Below, in pieces: positions 1-11,196 of a stretch of DNA of 64,000 bases (its first letter is position 1; each line of letters opens with the position of its first letter). A program made the translations under genes and the position numbers. The stretch is from an uncultured Spirochaetota bacterium (GTDB lineage Bacteria; Spirochaetota; Brevinematia; Brevinematales; JAOACQ01): assembly GCA_963783575.1 (NCBI GenBank), contig CAWAOD010000003.1, forward strand, positions 276,644-340,643, read 5' to 3'. Below the pieces are notes generated by a model. The model saw only the letters and a program-made list of their open reading frames with translations, searched no databases and was not told the DNA's origin.

Positions 1-18
1 TTATCGGGAATCGACAGA

Positions 19-531
19 TTGATTGAGAATTTACTGTCGCTTTCTGGGTTTTTTCACAATGGCAGTTTTTTACAAATATATTATATAAGCTATTTATTCC
101 GGCCGATTTATTTGTCGCTGATATTCATGCTTCTAACAGTAATATATAGCTTTGCCCTGACAGCATATAAAAGAAGTTACTGGTACCGATATATCAGGAA
201 GTTTAATCACAGAGAAGTTCTTGCTGTAGTATTTTTCTGGCTTTGCTATTTCGTTTTAAACAATATTAAATTGAAATGGCTTAAATGGGAATATATAATT
301 ATAATTCTCAATCTCGCGATTTATTTTTCATTATATTATTTGATGTACGGATTTTTAACTTTGATTTTCAGTCTGAAGAAACGGAGTATAGAATATTTCA
401 GTGTTATAATTATAATATATTCACTGATAATATTTTCAGGGCAGTATTTCCTGATTCCATTGATATTGGTTATGGGAATCGGGATTTCGGATATATGGAT
501 GTATTATTTAAAAAAACGCCCATTTAGATGA
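19..531 (+). CDS. Hydrophobic membrane protein upstream of rplI (DUF2232-like position); probably 5'-truncated by the window edge
   Basis: Several TM segments; lies directly before rplI-dnaB. Confidence 0.55.
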   Translation: MIENLLSLSGFFHNGSFLQIYYISYLFRPIYLSLIFMLLTVIYSFALTAYKRSYWYRYIRKFNHREVLAVVFFWLCYFVLNNIKLKWLKWEYIIIILNLAIYFSLYYLMYGFLTLIFSLKKRSIEYFSVIIIIYSLIIFSGQYFLIPLILVMGIGISDIWMYYLKKRPFR

Positions 532-664
532 GCGTTTTTTTAAATAATTTGGAGTTTTGAATAGAAGAAAATCAAGCAAACAAAACTCCGCGCTTATTGA
601 TTTGAGAAAACGGGAAGCAAAGAATTTATTCAAAATAGAAAAATATTGACTATCGGAGGATTGT

Positions 665-1105
665 ATGAAGGTAATTTTACTCGATAATGTGATCGGGCTT
701 GGGAAAGCAGGCGATATAAAAAACGTCAGGGACGGATATGCCAGGAATTTTCTGCTTCCCCAAAAAGTCGCGGAAGTTGCGACTAAAAGCAAAGAAAAAC
801 ATCTTCAAAGAATAGCGTCTGCTCTTTCAGTTAAGGCAAAAAAGTTTTATGATGACGCAGTGGCGATCAAGGAAGCGGTAGAAAAGGAAGAAATCGAGAT
901 CAAGGCAAAGGCCGGGGAAGAAGGAAAACTTTTCGGGTCGATTACCTCTGCTGATATTTCATTAATTTTAATAAATAAAGGTTTTGATATTGAAAAAAAG
1001 AAAATACTTCTTGAGCATATTAAAACCATAGGCGATCATACAGCAAGGATTCGTCTTGACGAGGGTGTAGTTGCCGCTATTAAAATAAAGGTTGTACAAG
1101 AATAA
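665..1105 (+). CDS. rplI: 50S ribosomal protein L9
   Basis: MKVILLDNV.GLGK.GD..V.DGYARNFLLP and GKLFGSIT motifs; GGAGG RBS. Confidence 0.98.
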   Translation: MKVILLDNVIGLGKAGDIKNVRDGYARNFLLPQKVAEVATKSKEKHLQRIASALSVKAKKFYDDAVAIKEAVEKEEIEIKAKAGEEGKLFGSITSADISLILINKGFDIEKKKILLEHIKTIGDHTARIRLDEGVVAAIKIKVVQE

Positions 1106-1107
1106 AT

Positions 1108-2505
1108 ATGGCTGCTGATGATCTGGTAAAAAGAGTTCCTCCCAGCAGTCCCGAGGCTGAACAATCCTGTATCGGCGCAATGCTGAACTCTTCAACGGCC
1201 ATATCCACGATTCTTGAAATGCTCAATGATGATGATTTTTTCGACGCAAGAAATAAGATTATATTTAAGATAATTGAAGAACTCAGCGAAAAAAATATTC
1301 CGGTCGATGTAGTTAGTGTTTCCGAAAGGCTTTCCTCAGGTAATATACTTCAGCAAGCTGGCGGAAGCGCTTATCTGTCAAAATTAATCGAGAATGTCCC
1401 TTCGCTTTCAAATACCCAGTACCATGCCAAAATCGTTCTGGAAAAAGCCATTCTCCGTGAATTGATAAATGCGGCAAGATCGATTATCGACAATGTTTAC
1501 GAGAACCAGACGGATATTGAAAAGATTTCCGATGAATCTGAAAAGCTTATTTTTGACGTAACCAATAGAAAACTCAGGTCCAATTATAAACTCCTCAAGG
1601 AAATCCTGAGCGACACATTAAAAGGTATCGAAAGAATAGCCCATTCAAAGCATGTCTATACCGGCCAGCCTACCGGGTATAATGAATTCGACGATATGAC
1701 CAGCGGATTGCAGCATGGCGATTTAATTGTCATCGCCGCAAGGCCTTCAATGGGTAAAACCGCTTTTGCTTTAAATATTGCTGCCAATGTGGCAAAAATG
1801 AACCTTGATAACGGCGTTATGTTTTTTTCACTGGAAATGTCTTTCCAGGAACTTGTACTCAGAATGCTGTCTACAGAATCCAAAATCGACATGCAGAAGA
1901 TCCGTAAAGGCCAATTAAGCACTCCCGATGATTGGAAAAGCCTTGTCGATTCAGCCGGCGTATTATCAAGGATGAAAGTGCTTGTAGATGACACCCCCGC
2001 TATCTCATTAAACGAAATCAGGGCAAAAGCGAGAAGGGTCAAATCAAAATACAATATCAAGCTGATAATTATTGATCACCTTCAGCTAATCTCTACTTCC
2101 GAGTCCAACAAGATGATAATAAACAGAAATAATGAAATCAGTTACATTTCAAGAAGCTTAAAAGCTTTAGCTAAGGAATTGGATATTCCGATAATAGTAT
2201 TGTCGCAACTTTCAAGAAAAGTGGATGACAGGGGCGGAGATCACAAGCCTATATTATCGGACTTGCGGGAATCCGGGGCAATAGAGCAGGATGCCGATCT
2301 TGTAGCTTTTTTGTATAGAGAAGAATATTATAAAAAGGATAGTGAAAAAAAGAATATTGCGGAACTTCTTTTGCAGAAGCAAAGAAACGGCCCTACCGGG
2401 GATATTCAACTTGTATTTTTAAAGGAAACTGTCCGCTTTGAAAATTATTTCAAGCATTCTTCTTATCTTGACAGCGACTACAAGGATTCAGGCGAAGATT
2501 TTTAG
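1108..2505 (+). CDS. dnaB: Replicative DNA helicase
   Basis: PPSSPEAEQ N-terminus, AARPSMGKT Walker A, LSQLSR, SDLRESGAIEQDAD, KQRNGPTG. Confidence 0.98.
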   Translation: MAADDLVKRVPPSSPEAEQSCIGAMLNSSTAISTILEMLNDDDFFDARNKIIFKIIEELSEKNIPVDVVSVSERLSSGNILQQAGGSAYLSKLIENVPSLSNTQYHAKIVLEKAILRELINAARSIIDNVYENQTDIEKISDESEKLIFDVTNRKLRSNYKLLKEILSDTLKGIERIAHSKHVYTGQPTGYNEFDDMTSGLQHGDLIVIAARPSMGKTAFALNIAANVAKMNLDNGVMFFSLEMSFQELVLRMLSTESKIDMQKIRKGQLSTPDDWKSLVDSAGVLSRMKVLVDDTPAISLNEIRAKARRVKSKYNIKLIIIDHLQLISTSESNKMIINRNNEISYISRSLKALAKELDIPIIVLSQLSRKVDDRGGDHKPILSDLRESGAIEQDADLVAFLYREEYYKKDSEKKNIAELLLQKQRNGPTGDIQLVFLKETVRFENYFKHSSYLDSDYKDSGEDF

Positions 2506-2514
2506 AGGAATAAA

Positions 2515-3288
2515 ATGGGAAGAATCCGAAAATTTTTTACAGAACTGGGGCAATTCACCATCTTTTTTGCTGAAGCTTTCAGGAATGTTCCCAGAAATAT
2601 CAGGAGCCCATACCAGTTATTACTCAATATCTATAATATTGGAGTTTTATCAGTACCGGTTGTGGCTTTAACGGGGTTTTTTATGGGAATGATCCTGGGC
2701 CTTCAGCTTGGGAACGCAATGGAATCTACCATAGCCGGAACAGCCCAATACATAAGCGGCGCGCTTTCAGTAAGCCTGGTTAAAGAAATCGGACCGGTTT
2801 TTTCTTCCCTTATTGTGGTAAGCAGGGTATGTTCATCGGTTACCGCCAATATCGGAACAATGAAAGTTACGGAACAGATCGACGCCCTTAAAACCTTCGC
2901 TGTAAATCCAATAAGTTATCTTGTAACACCGAGGGTATTGGCTGGAATTATATCACTGCCGATCCTGGGCTTCATATCGATTATTGCTTCTATGATCGGT
3001 TCCTGGCTTATGATCACAACTTTAAACGATATTCCGACATCTGTTTTTCTGGAAGTGGCACAAATGCCTTTGAAAATTAAATACATTTTCGAATCAATAA
3101 CCAAGATGATGGTTATCGGCGCATTTTTATTGATGGTAAGCACATACTGCGGTTTTCAGGCAAAAGAAGGCGCGGCAGGAGTCGGAGAAGCTACAATAAA
3201 ATCAGTCGTGGTATCAAGTATTTTGGTAATACTTCTGGATTATATATTGGGCACAATATTTATCATTTTTACCGGCGGGGCGATTTAA
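2515..3288 (+). CDS. mlaE: MlaE-family ABC permease
   Basis: KEIGPV, IGTMKVTEQIDAL, GAAGVG.AT motifs. Confidence 0.92.
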   Translation: MGRIRKFFTELGQFTIFFAEAFRNVPRNIRSPYQLLLNIYNIGVLSVPVVALTGFFMGMILGLQLGNAMESTIAGTAQYISGALSVSLVKEIGPVFSSLIVVSRVCSSVTANIGTMKVTEQIDALKTFAVNPISYLVTPRVLAGIISLPILGFISIIASMIGSWLMITTLNDIPTSVFLEVAQMPLKIKYIFESITKMMVIGAFLLMVSTYCGFQAKEGAAGVGEATIKSVVVSSILVILLDYILGTIFIIFTGGAI

Positions 3289-4097
3289 TGTCAAATAAAA
3301 TTGAAATAATCGGCCTGAAAAAAAAACTTGGGGATAAAATAGTTCTGGATGGGGTTGATCTTAGTATTAAAGACGGAGAAACTTTTGCCATTATCGGGCA
3401 AAGCGGAGTTGGAAAAAGCGTTCTTATCAAGCATATCATAGGATTGATCCATCCGGACGGTGGCGATATTTATATCGACGGCGAAAGGATAGATTTTGAC
3501 GATGAAGATCAATGGGATAATATCAGGAAAAAGTTCGGGATGCTTTTTCAGGGCGGTGCGCTCTTTGATTCCCTGACTGTCGGGGAGAATATTTTTTTCG
3601 CTTTGAACCACCTGCGCCAGGACCTTACCGAAGAGCAAAAGAATGACAGAATGTACCAGGCTCTTGAACTTGTTGAGCTAAACAACACAGAAGATTTAAT
3701 GATAGCATCTTTGTCCGGCGGAATGATGAAACGGGTAGCTCTTGCAAGGGCCATAGTTGCGGAGCCATCCATAATACTTTTTGATGAACCAACCACCGGC
3801 CTTGATCCGATTACAACCGCCACAATCAACGAATTGATTCTGTCGCTTAAGAAAAAACTTAAATCAACTTTTATCATTGTCACTCATGATATCCGGGGAG
3901 CTAAATATGTAGCGGACAGGATCGGGATGCTCTATATGGGTAAATTGATTTTTACAGGTACTCCGAAGGAACTTGAAAATACCGATAATCCTTATGTGCT
4001 TCAATTTATTCAGGGCAAATTCGAGGGGCCGATTACAGATGAATACAACGCTCAGGTGGCCGTTCTTTTGCAAAATACCGGTATGGTAAAGAGGTAA
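3288..4097 (+). CDS. mlaF: MlaF-family ABC ATPase
   Basis: GQSGVGKS, FQGGALFDSL, LSGGM.KRVALARA, DEPTTGLDP. Confidence 0.93.
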   Translation: MSNKIEIIGLKKKLGDKIVLDGVDLSIKDGETFAIIGQSGVGKSVLIKHIIGLIHPDGGDIYIDGERIDFDDEDQWDNIRKKFGMLFQGGALFDSLTVGENIFFALNHLRQDLTEEQKNDRMYQALELVELNNTEDLMIASLSGGMMKRVALARAIVAEPSIILFDEPTTGLDPITTATINELILSLKKKLKSTFIIVTHDIRGAKYVADRIGMLYMGKLIFTGTPKELENTDNPYVLQFIQGKFEGPITDEYNAQVAVLLQNTGMVKR

Positions 4098-4103
4098 TTT
4101 TCT

Positions 4104-5063
4104 ATGCAGAAAAAGAAAAGATTAAATAATGTTGCAATCGGGGCTTTTATTTTTACTGGCTTGTTCTTATTTTTCTTGTTTATATATTTTGCCGGTAAAT
4201 TCAGCTTTTTACTTGGCGGCGGTTATAAATTATACATCGAATACGATTTCCTTGATAATCTAACGGCCGGAGCTAAGGTAAGGGTTTCGGGAGGACCATC
4301 CATCGGCTATATTGATAACATAAATTTTGAAACGGGAAAGATCGTAATAGAAGCTATGATTGACGGTAAATACAAGATCAACCGGGGAGCAAACTTTAAT
4401 ATTTACTCTACCAGCCTTGTCGGACAGAAATACATTAATATATCGGATTATAATCCGAAAACCAATGAATTCTATACTAACAATGAGTATATTATCGGCG
4501 TTACACCTATAGGTTTCGCGAGGACCATTGAATTAGCCGGAGCCGGAATCAAATCCATTATCGCACAGGGAAATACGGACCTTGTCCTTAAATTCAAGGA
4601 CGTTTTCCAGAACACGGTTGAATTGGTTAGAGGTTTAAACCATATAGTTAATGATAACTCAAAGGACATTCGGGAGAGTATACAGAATTTGAACCAGGCT
4701 TTGAAAAATACCGGCGATTTGATGGCCAGGATTAACAACACAATATCGAATATTGAATCAGGCTCGAAGAGGCTAAACACTACTTTAAACAGCATCGATA
4801 ACGATCAGATTAAGTCAATTGTAAGCAATGTCGATTTGGCAGTCATTACATTAAGAGATGTATCGGCCGATCTTAAAACCTTCTCGTCGGAATTGAACAG
4901 ATTAACCTATGATAAATCAAGCGCTCTTAATTTGATAAGGGATAAAGACTTCAAAATGCGGCTGGATGATACCATCAAAAATATTGAGGAAACCACCAAA
5001 AACAGTGTAGAATTCAGCAAAAAAATAAAAGAAAATCCGTCTTCACTGTTTTTCAGTAAATAA
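4104..5063 (+). CDS. mlaD: MlaD/MCE-domain protein with helical C-terminus
   Basis: N-terminal TM, L..GAKVR.SG and SLVGQKYI MCE motifs; in operon with mlaEF. Confidence 0.88.
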   Translation: MQKKKRLNNVAIGAFIFTGLFLFFLFIYFAGKFSFLLGGGYKLYIEYDFLDNLTAGAKVRVSGGPSIGYIDNINFETGKIVIEAMIDGKYKINRGANFNIYSTSLVGQKYINISDYNPKTNEFYTNNEYIIGVTPIGFARTIELAGAGIKSIIAQGNTDLVLKFKDVFQNTVELVRGLNHIVNDNSKDIRESIQNLNQALKNTGDLMARINNTISNIESGSKRLNTTLNSIDNDQIKSIVSNVDLAVITLRDVSADLKTFSSELNRLTYDKSSALNLIRDKDFKMRLDDTIKNIEETTKNSVEFSKKIKENPSSLFFSK

Positions 5064-5080
5064 TTATTGACGCACTAAAA

Positions 5081-6115
5081 TCAATAGCTTTGCATATTAT
5101 CCAATTCTTCACCGGAAATATCTTCTTTGTATTTATAACTCCAGACTGCTTTACCTTCTTTAGTTATATAGGAAAGGAACTCCCCCGAATCAACAAGCGC
5201 CAGTCCATTAAAAAAAGGACTCGCTTCAATAAATTCCGGTTCAATCATTAATTTCCCATCAAGGTTAATATAGCCGAATTTGTCTCCAATCATTACCATA
5301 GCAAGGCCTTCGGAGAAATTATCAGATGTATCGTATACCGGATCTATTGCTAATCTTCTGTTTGTACCGATATATCCATATTTTTCGTTAGTCATTACGT
5401 AAGCAAGACCTTCGGAAAAATCCCCCGCATCATCAAAACATGGGTTTATTGTATATTTGCCGTTTCTATCAATAAATCCATATTTTCCATCTGTCTTGAC
5501 GACTGCCATATTTTCACAGAACCCGTAAGCTTCATCATATATGGAATCGATGACTATTTTACCGTCAGTATTAATATAACCGTATTTATCGCTTACCCTG
5601 ACAACTGCAAAACCCTCGGAAAATGAAAAAGCTTCCTCAAAACTGGGCTTGATAACCACCGATCCATTTGTGTCAATATATCCATAAAAATTGCCTTCTT
5701 TTACAAGAGCCAAAGATTTACTTTCGTAAGGTTTGCAAAAATCAAACGCCTCCGAATATTTCGGTTCAACAATATATTTCCCATTTCCATCAATATATCC
5801 GTAATACTGATCTAACTTTACAACTGCCCTGCTTTCAAAAAAATTAAACGCTTCGTCAAATTGAGGCTCAATAATAATTTTTCCTTCTTTATCAATGTAA
5901 CCGTATTTATCATTGGTAATATACGCAGCCAATTCGGAAGAAAATTGCCCGGCCCAGTCAAAACGAGGTTCTATTACCCTTTTCCCGGTAATATCGATAT
6001 AACCCCATTTGCCCTTTTCGATAATAGGAAAAAGACGATCCGTAGACTCCGCATAAATTGTCATAACAATTGTTATGACAAATAAAACCATGATTATGAA
6101 CTTAATATTGTTCAT
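5081..6115 (-). CDS. Secreted WG-repeat protein
   Basis: Signal peptide; repeated KYGYID..GK..I.P.FD.A..FSEGLA units. Confidence 0.92.
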   Translation of the reverse strand: MNNIKFIIMVLFVITIVMTIYAESTDRLFPIIEKGKWGYIDITGKRVIEPRFDWAGQFSSELAAYITNDKYGYIDKEGKIIIEPQFDEAFNFFESRAVVKLDQYYGYIDGNGKYIVEPKYSEAFDFCKPYESKSLALVKEGNFYGYIDTNGSVVIKPSFEEAFSFSEGFAVVRVSDKYGYINTDGKIVIDSIYDEAYGFCENMAVVKTDGKYGFIDRNGKYTINPCFDDAGDFSEGLAYVMTNEKYGYIGTNRRLAIDPVYDTSDNFSEGLAMVMIGDKFGYINLDGKLMIEPEFIEASPFFNGLALVDSGEFLSYITKEGKAVWSYKYKEDISGEELDNMQSY

Positions 6116-6482
6116 AGATCCTCCCTGCTCAATAAATTTTTTTAATCATACTTTTGACTTCTCTTTAACAGGACTTTATTGTAATTAAATCCAACCGATT
6201 AGTCAACAGCAGAAACAACTTACACAAATTATTTGTTATTATCTATATAATATCGTGTTATTTGGCGATCTTGTGTTCGCCACTGGCTCATATATAAAAG
6301 AGTAGATATCATGGCACATCCTTGGGTTCACTGAAAATCAGCATAAATCTTAAAATGTTTAATAAACAGTATTTTCACCCAAGTTACCGAGAGTCAGCTT
6401 TGAAGTGAAACAATTATATATTTATTGAAAATAAACTCATCTTTATCTATAATTATGGATTGCATTTTTAATTGGGGAAATT

Positions 6483-7103
6483 ATGCCGTTTACAATAGCT
6501 CTTCCGAAAGGCAGGCTTGGAGAATTTACCGAAGAATTAATGATTAAGAGCAATATCCTCTCAGAGGCAATACCGAAAGATTCACGAAAACTTGTTTTTA
6601 AACTTGGAAACGGTTTGAATGCCGTCATTGTTAGAGCCTGGGATGTTCCTGCTTATATTGAGGCAGGAACTGCCGACATAGGAATCTGTGGAAAAGATGA
6701 CCTGATAGAGCATGAAGCCGATGTCTTTGAGCTTATGGATCTTGGTTTCGGCTATTGTAGAATGGTAGTCGCAGCAAAGAGCAATAAGCCTAAAGAAGAA
6801 ATTTATTCCCGGTCATACATCAAAGCGGCGACAAAATACCCGAATATTGCAAGAAAATACTTTACAAATATATCGATCCAGGCTGAAATAATAAAACTTT
6901 ACGGTTCCGTCGAGCTTGCTGCTGTTACCGGAATGAGCGATTGCATTGTTGATATTGTATCAACTGGCACTACATTAAAGGAAAACGGGCTTTGCATTCT
7001 GGAAGAATTATTTGAATCGACAGCCAGGCTTGTTGTTAACAGGGCAAGTTACTATAAAAATCTGGATTATTTTAATAATTTTACTAAAGCTTTGAAAGGA
7101 TAA
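6483..7103 (+). CDS. hisG: ATP phosphoribosyltransferase, short form
   Basis: IALPKGRL, ADIGI.GKD, ATKYP, LYGSVELA, DIVSTGTTL; 206 aa with no C-terminal ACT domain. Confidence 0.96.
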   Translation: MPFTIALPKGRLGEFTEELMIKSNILSEAIPKDSRKLVFKLGNGLNAVIVRAWDVPAYIEAGTADIGICGKDDLIEHEADVFELMDLGFGYCRMVVAAKSNKPKEEIYSRSYIKAATKYPNIARKYFTNISIQAEIIKLYGSVELAAVTGMSDCIVDIVSTGTTLKENGLCILEELFESTARLVVNRASYYKNLDYFNNFTKALKG

Positions 7104-7105
7104 AT

Positions 7106-7741
7106 ATGAAATTATCGAAAAAGTTTTCAAAACCTTATTTATTGTTATTTCTAATATTAATATTTTTACTTCCTGCAGCAGTCAAATTCTATCCGGCCGA
7201 AACAAACTACAACAGATTCAATGATTTTTCATTAGGGGTTAAAGGAACGGCAAATTTCAGCAAACTGCCTTACGATCTTATGATGGGTCTTTCGGTAAAT
7301 ACCCCGTATTTTTTTTGGAATTGGGTTTCGCTCAGGGGTGAAGCCGATATAGCTTATCTGCGTGGAATAACAAACGCCGTAATCAGCAATGAAATTGCCA
7401 TCTATTCAAGCTCTTATAAATTAGGGATTGCGGTAAAAGCCAACCAGAAGACTCAAACAGTCCGCCCTTATGGTGAATTCGGCTGGATCGGATTTATTCC
7501 CAATAAAATAGAGACTGCTGACAATTATGCTTGGGGAATCTACGGTTTATTCGGATTCGATATTTTATTCGATCCGGCGAGTATTTTCGGATTTTTCTTT
7601 GAATTGGGGGCAACAGGCCTTTTATACGGCGGAAGCGCCGAAAAACTAGTACCCGATTCTGATCCTAATGACGGTCACCTGATTCCGAAAAAATACGGAA
7701 GCGGAATAATATTCTCCGGAGGATTTAAGGTCTATTTCTAG
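7106..7741 (+). CDS. Exported hypothetical protein, possible small outer-membrane beta-barrel
   Basis: Signal peptide, amphipathic beta-strand pattern, C-terminal aromatic residue (GFKVYF). Confidence 0.55.
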   Translation: MKLSKKFSKPYLLLFLILIFLLPAAVKFYPAETNYNRFNDFSLGVKGTANFSKLPYDLMMGLSVNTPYFFWNWVSLRGEADIAYLRGITNAVISNEIAIYSSSYKLGIAVKANQKTQTVRPYGEFGWIGFIPNKIETADNYAWGIYGLFGFDILFDPASIFGFFFELGATGLLYGGSAEKLVPDSDPNDGHLIPKKYGSGIIFSGGFKVYF

Positions 7742-7755
7742 CAAGAACTTGCTTG

Positions 7756-8878
7756 CTAAACAATCTCTATTATTTTAAGAATCAAACGGACGGTATTTTC
7801 AAGATCATCGATTTCAATATACTCATCGGTTGAATGGACATTTGCCATACCAACGGCAAGCGTCACGGATTTAATGTTTTTTTCATTGTATATATTCGAA
7901 TTACTCCCGCCGCCGGTTCTTTCAAAACGCGGTTTAAGACCCAACTCTTTAACGGCTTTGTTTACAAGCCTTATTATTGCGTCATCTTTCTTAAAACTGA
8001 ATCCCCGGTACAATTCATTTATTGTTAATGTAATGTCCAGGGCTCTTTTTTTTATTATTATTTATTATATCGGTTATTTTATTTTTCAATAAATCAATAT
8101 CCTCAAAATCGTGAGACCTGAATTCCCCTCTTATTAAACACTCATCTGGAATTATATTCGTCGCTTTTCCGCCTTCAATAAGTCCGACATTCGCAACCGT
8201 GTTTTTATTTATCTTTCCCTGGGGCAGTGACAACACTATTCTTGATGCAATCTTGATGGCATTTATACCCATTTCAGGGGCTATACCCGCATGACTTGCC
8301 TTTCCCTTCACAAGAATCTCATAATTATAATGCTGGGGAGCAGCAACAACAACTCCGCCAACCTTTCCATGGGAATCAAGGATAAAACCGAAATCGGCTT
8401 TAATTCCGGAAAAATCAAGGTTACGTACACCGGTCAGGCCGATTTCCTCCGCAGATGTAAAGATAAAATATATATCGCCATGAGCGGTATTGGTATTTAT
8501 AATTTCTTCAATGGCAATAATCATAGCGGATGCGCCCGCTTTATCATCGGCGCCGAGAACTGTATTTCCGCTGCTTTTAATAATATTGTTTTTCCGGTCT
8601 ATACCCGGCTTAATTCCAATGCCCGGTTCGACAGTATCAAGATGGGAATCAAAAAATACGGATTTCCTGTTTTTAATATTTGCCGGTAATTTTACAATCA
8701 GGTTACCTGATTCAGCTCCCAATTCCTTTATTGTGTATTCCTGGAATTGCATTTCAACTGGCAGATTTTGCAAGCGATTTTTTACATAGTCAAATACTTT
8801 TTTTTCATTCAATGATAAACTGTCAATTTGTACCAGATTGATAAACTCATTTACTACTCTTTCAGAGATGTTCTTCAT
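7756..8878 (-). CDS. M20 peptidase T-like (tripeptidase) gene, split by a frameshift in an A8 run at ~8046-8053
   Basis: SHLDTV, LGADDKAG, AEEIGL, GKASHAG in 8015..8878; GGGSNSN and NVHSTDE in 7756..8013; the two frames join across the homopolymer. Confidence 0.85.
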
Positions 8879-8886
8879 AAATTTTC

Positions 8887-9489
8887 CTATTCATTCGTTA
8901 CTCTTTTCCATTCCTCGCCTGTTACCAGCGGTTCGATCTTCTTTACAATACCCTCTGAATGAATAACCTGCCAGGCGTAGGATGTTCCCTTAAGAGTATC
9001 TTCATCGACAATCCTGAGTATCGAGTATGTTTTCTGAAGGAATCCGTTGAGATAGATTTGTTGCGCTATCGACTCAGGCAGCCAGTTGCTTAGATATTTC
9101 GGATTATATTCATATTCCAATATTTTAACAGTATTTTCCGTAATATATTTAACTATTATAGGAATTTCTCCGCCGTTCTTTCCAATAATTTTTCCCGTTT
9201 TGCCTGAAATGATGATGATGGCTTTAGAACCGGTGCTATGTTTTCTCCATTTACCGTCAAAATTAATTTTTAATATTATATTCTTCTCTTCTTCCGGCGT
9301 GGGTTCTTTTATGCTTTCAGGTTTAAAAGAGTAATTTGTATTTGTTTCAGCCGAAGGAATTCTTTCGGCAGTATTCGCCGGTATTGGCTTAACCTGTTTT
9401 GTACACATTGTAAATAATAGAATAATAACCCATATAAAAATAAATAAAAATACGAAGTAATGATTTCCTGCACTGCTTTTCCATTTCAT
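8887..9489 (-). CDS. Hypothetical membrane-anchored or lipoprotein
   Basis: GGAGGG RBS before ATG 9489; hydrophobic segment ending FTMC. Confidence 0.65.
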   Translation of the reverse strand: MKWKSSAGNHYFVFLFIFIWVIILLFTMCTKQVKPIPANTAERIPSAETNTNYSFKPESIKEPTPEEEKNIILKINFDGKWRKHSTGSKAIIIISGKTGKIIGKNGGEIPIIVKYITENTVKILEYEYNPKYLSNWLPESIAQQIYLNGFLQKTYSILRIVDEDTLKGTSYAWQVIHSEGIVKKIEPLVTGEEWKRVTNE

Positions 9490-9525
9490 GAATACCCTCC
9501 TAAAATGATTCAATTATTGATTATA

Positions 9526-10197
9526 TCAAGTCCGGGAAAGTATTTCTAATGCAATTAACCTGTCAAGAGGCGTGGTAATCTTTATATTGGTCTCTTCGCC
9601 ATTCACAATATCGACATTCTTATTAATAATCTCAAATAAGCCTGAATCATCAGGAAAATTCCAATCTCCTTTTTTATAAGCTACTGAATGGGCTTTCCAT
9701 ATCAAATCAAACTGAAAAACCTGGGGAGTTTGAATCTGCAAGATCTTTAACCGGTCCACATAATATGAAATATGTTGATTTTCAACATAAGCAAGGGTGT
9801 CGGTTGTTTGTATGGCCGGTACTCCGGATCCATTAATTTCTGCAGATTTAATGCATCTTTTTAATAAATCTACGCTGAACAGAGGTCTAACACTGTCATG
9901 GATGGCAACAATTGAAATGTTTTTTTCATGTAAAGCCGAGAGTCCGTTATAAACCGATAACTGCCTTGTCTGGCCGCCTTCGGCCAGGATAATATTCCTT
10001 TTTTTAGTTATCAATTCTTGAGCCTTAAGCAGCCATTCTTTATGGCAGACTACAACTAATTCGTCGCATACCCGGGAAAACTTTTCAATACTATATTCAA
10101 GAATTGATTTATCTCCAAGAGCTAAAAATTGTTTGGGTATATCACCACCGTATCTTTTACCTGTACCACCGGCGACAATAACTCCTCCGATTTTCAT
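9526..10197 (-). CDS. ispD: 2-C-methyl-D-erythritol 4-phosphate cytidylyltransferase
   Basis: Start MKIGGVIVAGG.G.R; PKQF, GG.TRQ.SV, IHDSVRP, QTPQ.F, NIKITTP; the longer called ORF overlaps secG. Confidence 0.94.
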   Translation of the reverse strand: MKIGGVIVAGGTGKRYGGDIPKQFLALGDKSILEYSIEKFSRVCDELVVVCHKEWLLKAQELITKKRNIILAEGGQTRQLSVYNGLSALHEKNISIVAIHDSVRPLFSVDLLKRCIKSAEINGSGVPAIQTTDTLAYVENQHISYYVDRLKILQIQTPQVFQFDLIWKAHSVAYKKGDWNFPDDSGLFEIINKNVDIVNGEETNIKITTPLDRLIALEILSRT

Positions 10198-10214
10198 TTG
10201 TGAATTCAAATCAA

Positions 10215-10589
10215 TCACTTCTGTGTAGCTGTTCCCTGGACATCTTTTTGCTGTCCCTGAACATTGGTCTCTATATTTGTCGGAGCGATTAACTGGGAAG
10301 GCGTTGTTCCAGCCGGAGTCTGTTCTGCCGGAACAGGCTGGTTTTTTCTCATTAAAGATTTTGTTTCCTGAATTCTTAAATAACCAAGAATAAGGGCTAA
10401 TATCATGAAAATTCCCACCAGCCACTGTGTGAATTTAACAAGAACCTCGCTGGTTTTTGCCCCAAATGCCCCCATAGTCATATCATTACCGAACATACCG
10501 GATTGCGCCCCGCTTCCCGACTGCATTAATATAGTTGGAATTAATAATATAACTACAATAATAAATATGATCAATAAAAATGTAAACAT
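10215..10589 (-). CDS. secG: Preprotein translocase subunit SecG
   Basis: Two TM helices, ILMQSG.GA..G.FG loop, L.K.T motif. Confidence 0.9.
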   Translation of the reverse strand: MFTFLLIIFIIVVILLIPTILMQSGSGAQSGMFGNDMTMGAFGAKTSEVLVKFTQWLVGIFMILALILGYLRIQETKSLMRKNQPVPAEQTPAGTTPSQLIAPTNIETNVQGQQKDVQGTATQK

Positions 10590-10686
10590 ACGACCTCCAA
10601 ATTCAATTATCCTAAATTGAGCGATTTTATATTAGATTCTTAAATAAACAGTTGATAAAAATCGCTTATTTTATGTTTATCCTTAA

Positions 10687-11196
10687 TCAAAACCTGATAA
10701 GTGAAAACACGGGATATTTAATTTTTTCCCGTCCTTTTAGTGCTTCCAGTTCAACTAAAAAAATCAATTCTATAATATTACCGCCGAGTTTTTCTATAAG
10801 CCCCGCAATAGCCCTTGATGTTCCTCCGGTAGCAAGCAAATCATCAATAATAAGTACATTCTCACCCCTTGTTATTGCATCTTTATGTATCTCAATGGAT
10901 GCTTCCCCGTATTCCAGGGAATAACTCATCGATACGGTTTCTGCCGGAAGCTTCCCGGGCTTCCTGGCGGGCACAAAACCGGCGCCAAGCGCATACGCGG
11001 CCGGAGCTCCCACAATAAAACCCCTGGATTCGGCCCCGACAATCTTTTGTATTTTTTTGCCGGCACAATGTTTTACAATTTCGTCAATACTGTTTTTAAA
11101 AGCCGCCGCGTCCTTCCAGAGCGTGGTAATATCCTTAAACTGTATACCTTTTTGAGGAAAATCAGGCACATTTCTTATCATTGCCGAATAATCCAT
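10687..11196 (-). CDS. apt: Adenine phosphoribosyltransferase
   Basis: IR.VPDFP.KGI.FKDIT, ESRGF, RKPGKLP, YSLEYG, IDDLLATGGT. Confidence 0.97.
   Translation of the reverse strand: MDYSAMIRNVPDFPQKGIQFKDITTLWKDAAAFKNSIDEIVKHCAGKKIQKIVGAESRGFIVGAPAAYALGAGFVPARKPGKLPAETVSMSYSLEYGEASIEIHKDAITRGENVLIIDDLLATGGTSRAIAGLIEKLGGNIIELIFLVELEALKGREKIKYPVFSLIRF

Noticed and set aside
1108..2505. Intein in DnaB
   Set aside because: Normal length (465 aa) with contiguous motifs.
6120..6480. His attenuator or leader upstream of hisG
   Set aside because: No His-rich leader peptide or T-box motif; only one small hairpin (GGCGA/TCGCC).
9526..10425. 299-aa ORF as called, with a long N-terminal extension on IspD
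   Set aside because: The extension overlaps secG in another frame; IspD homology starts at ATG 10197.
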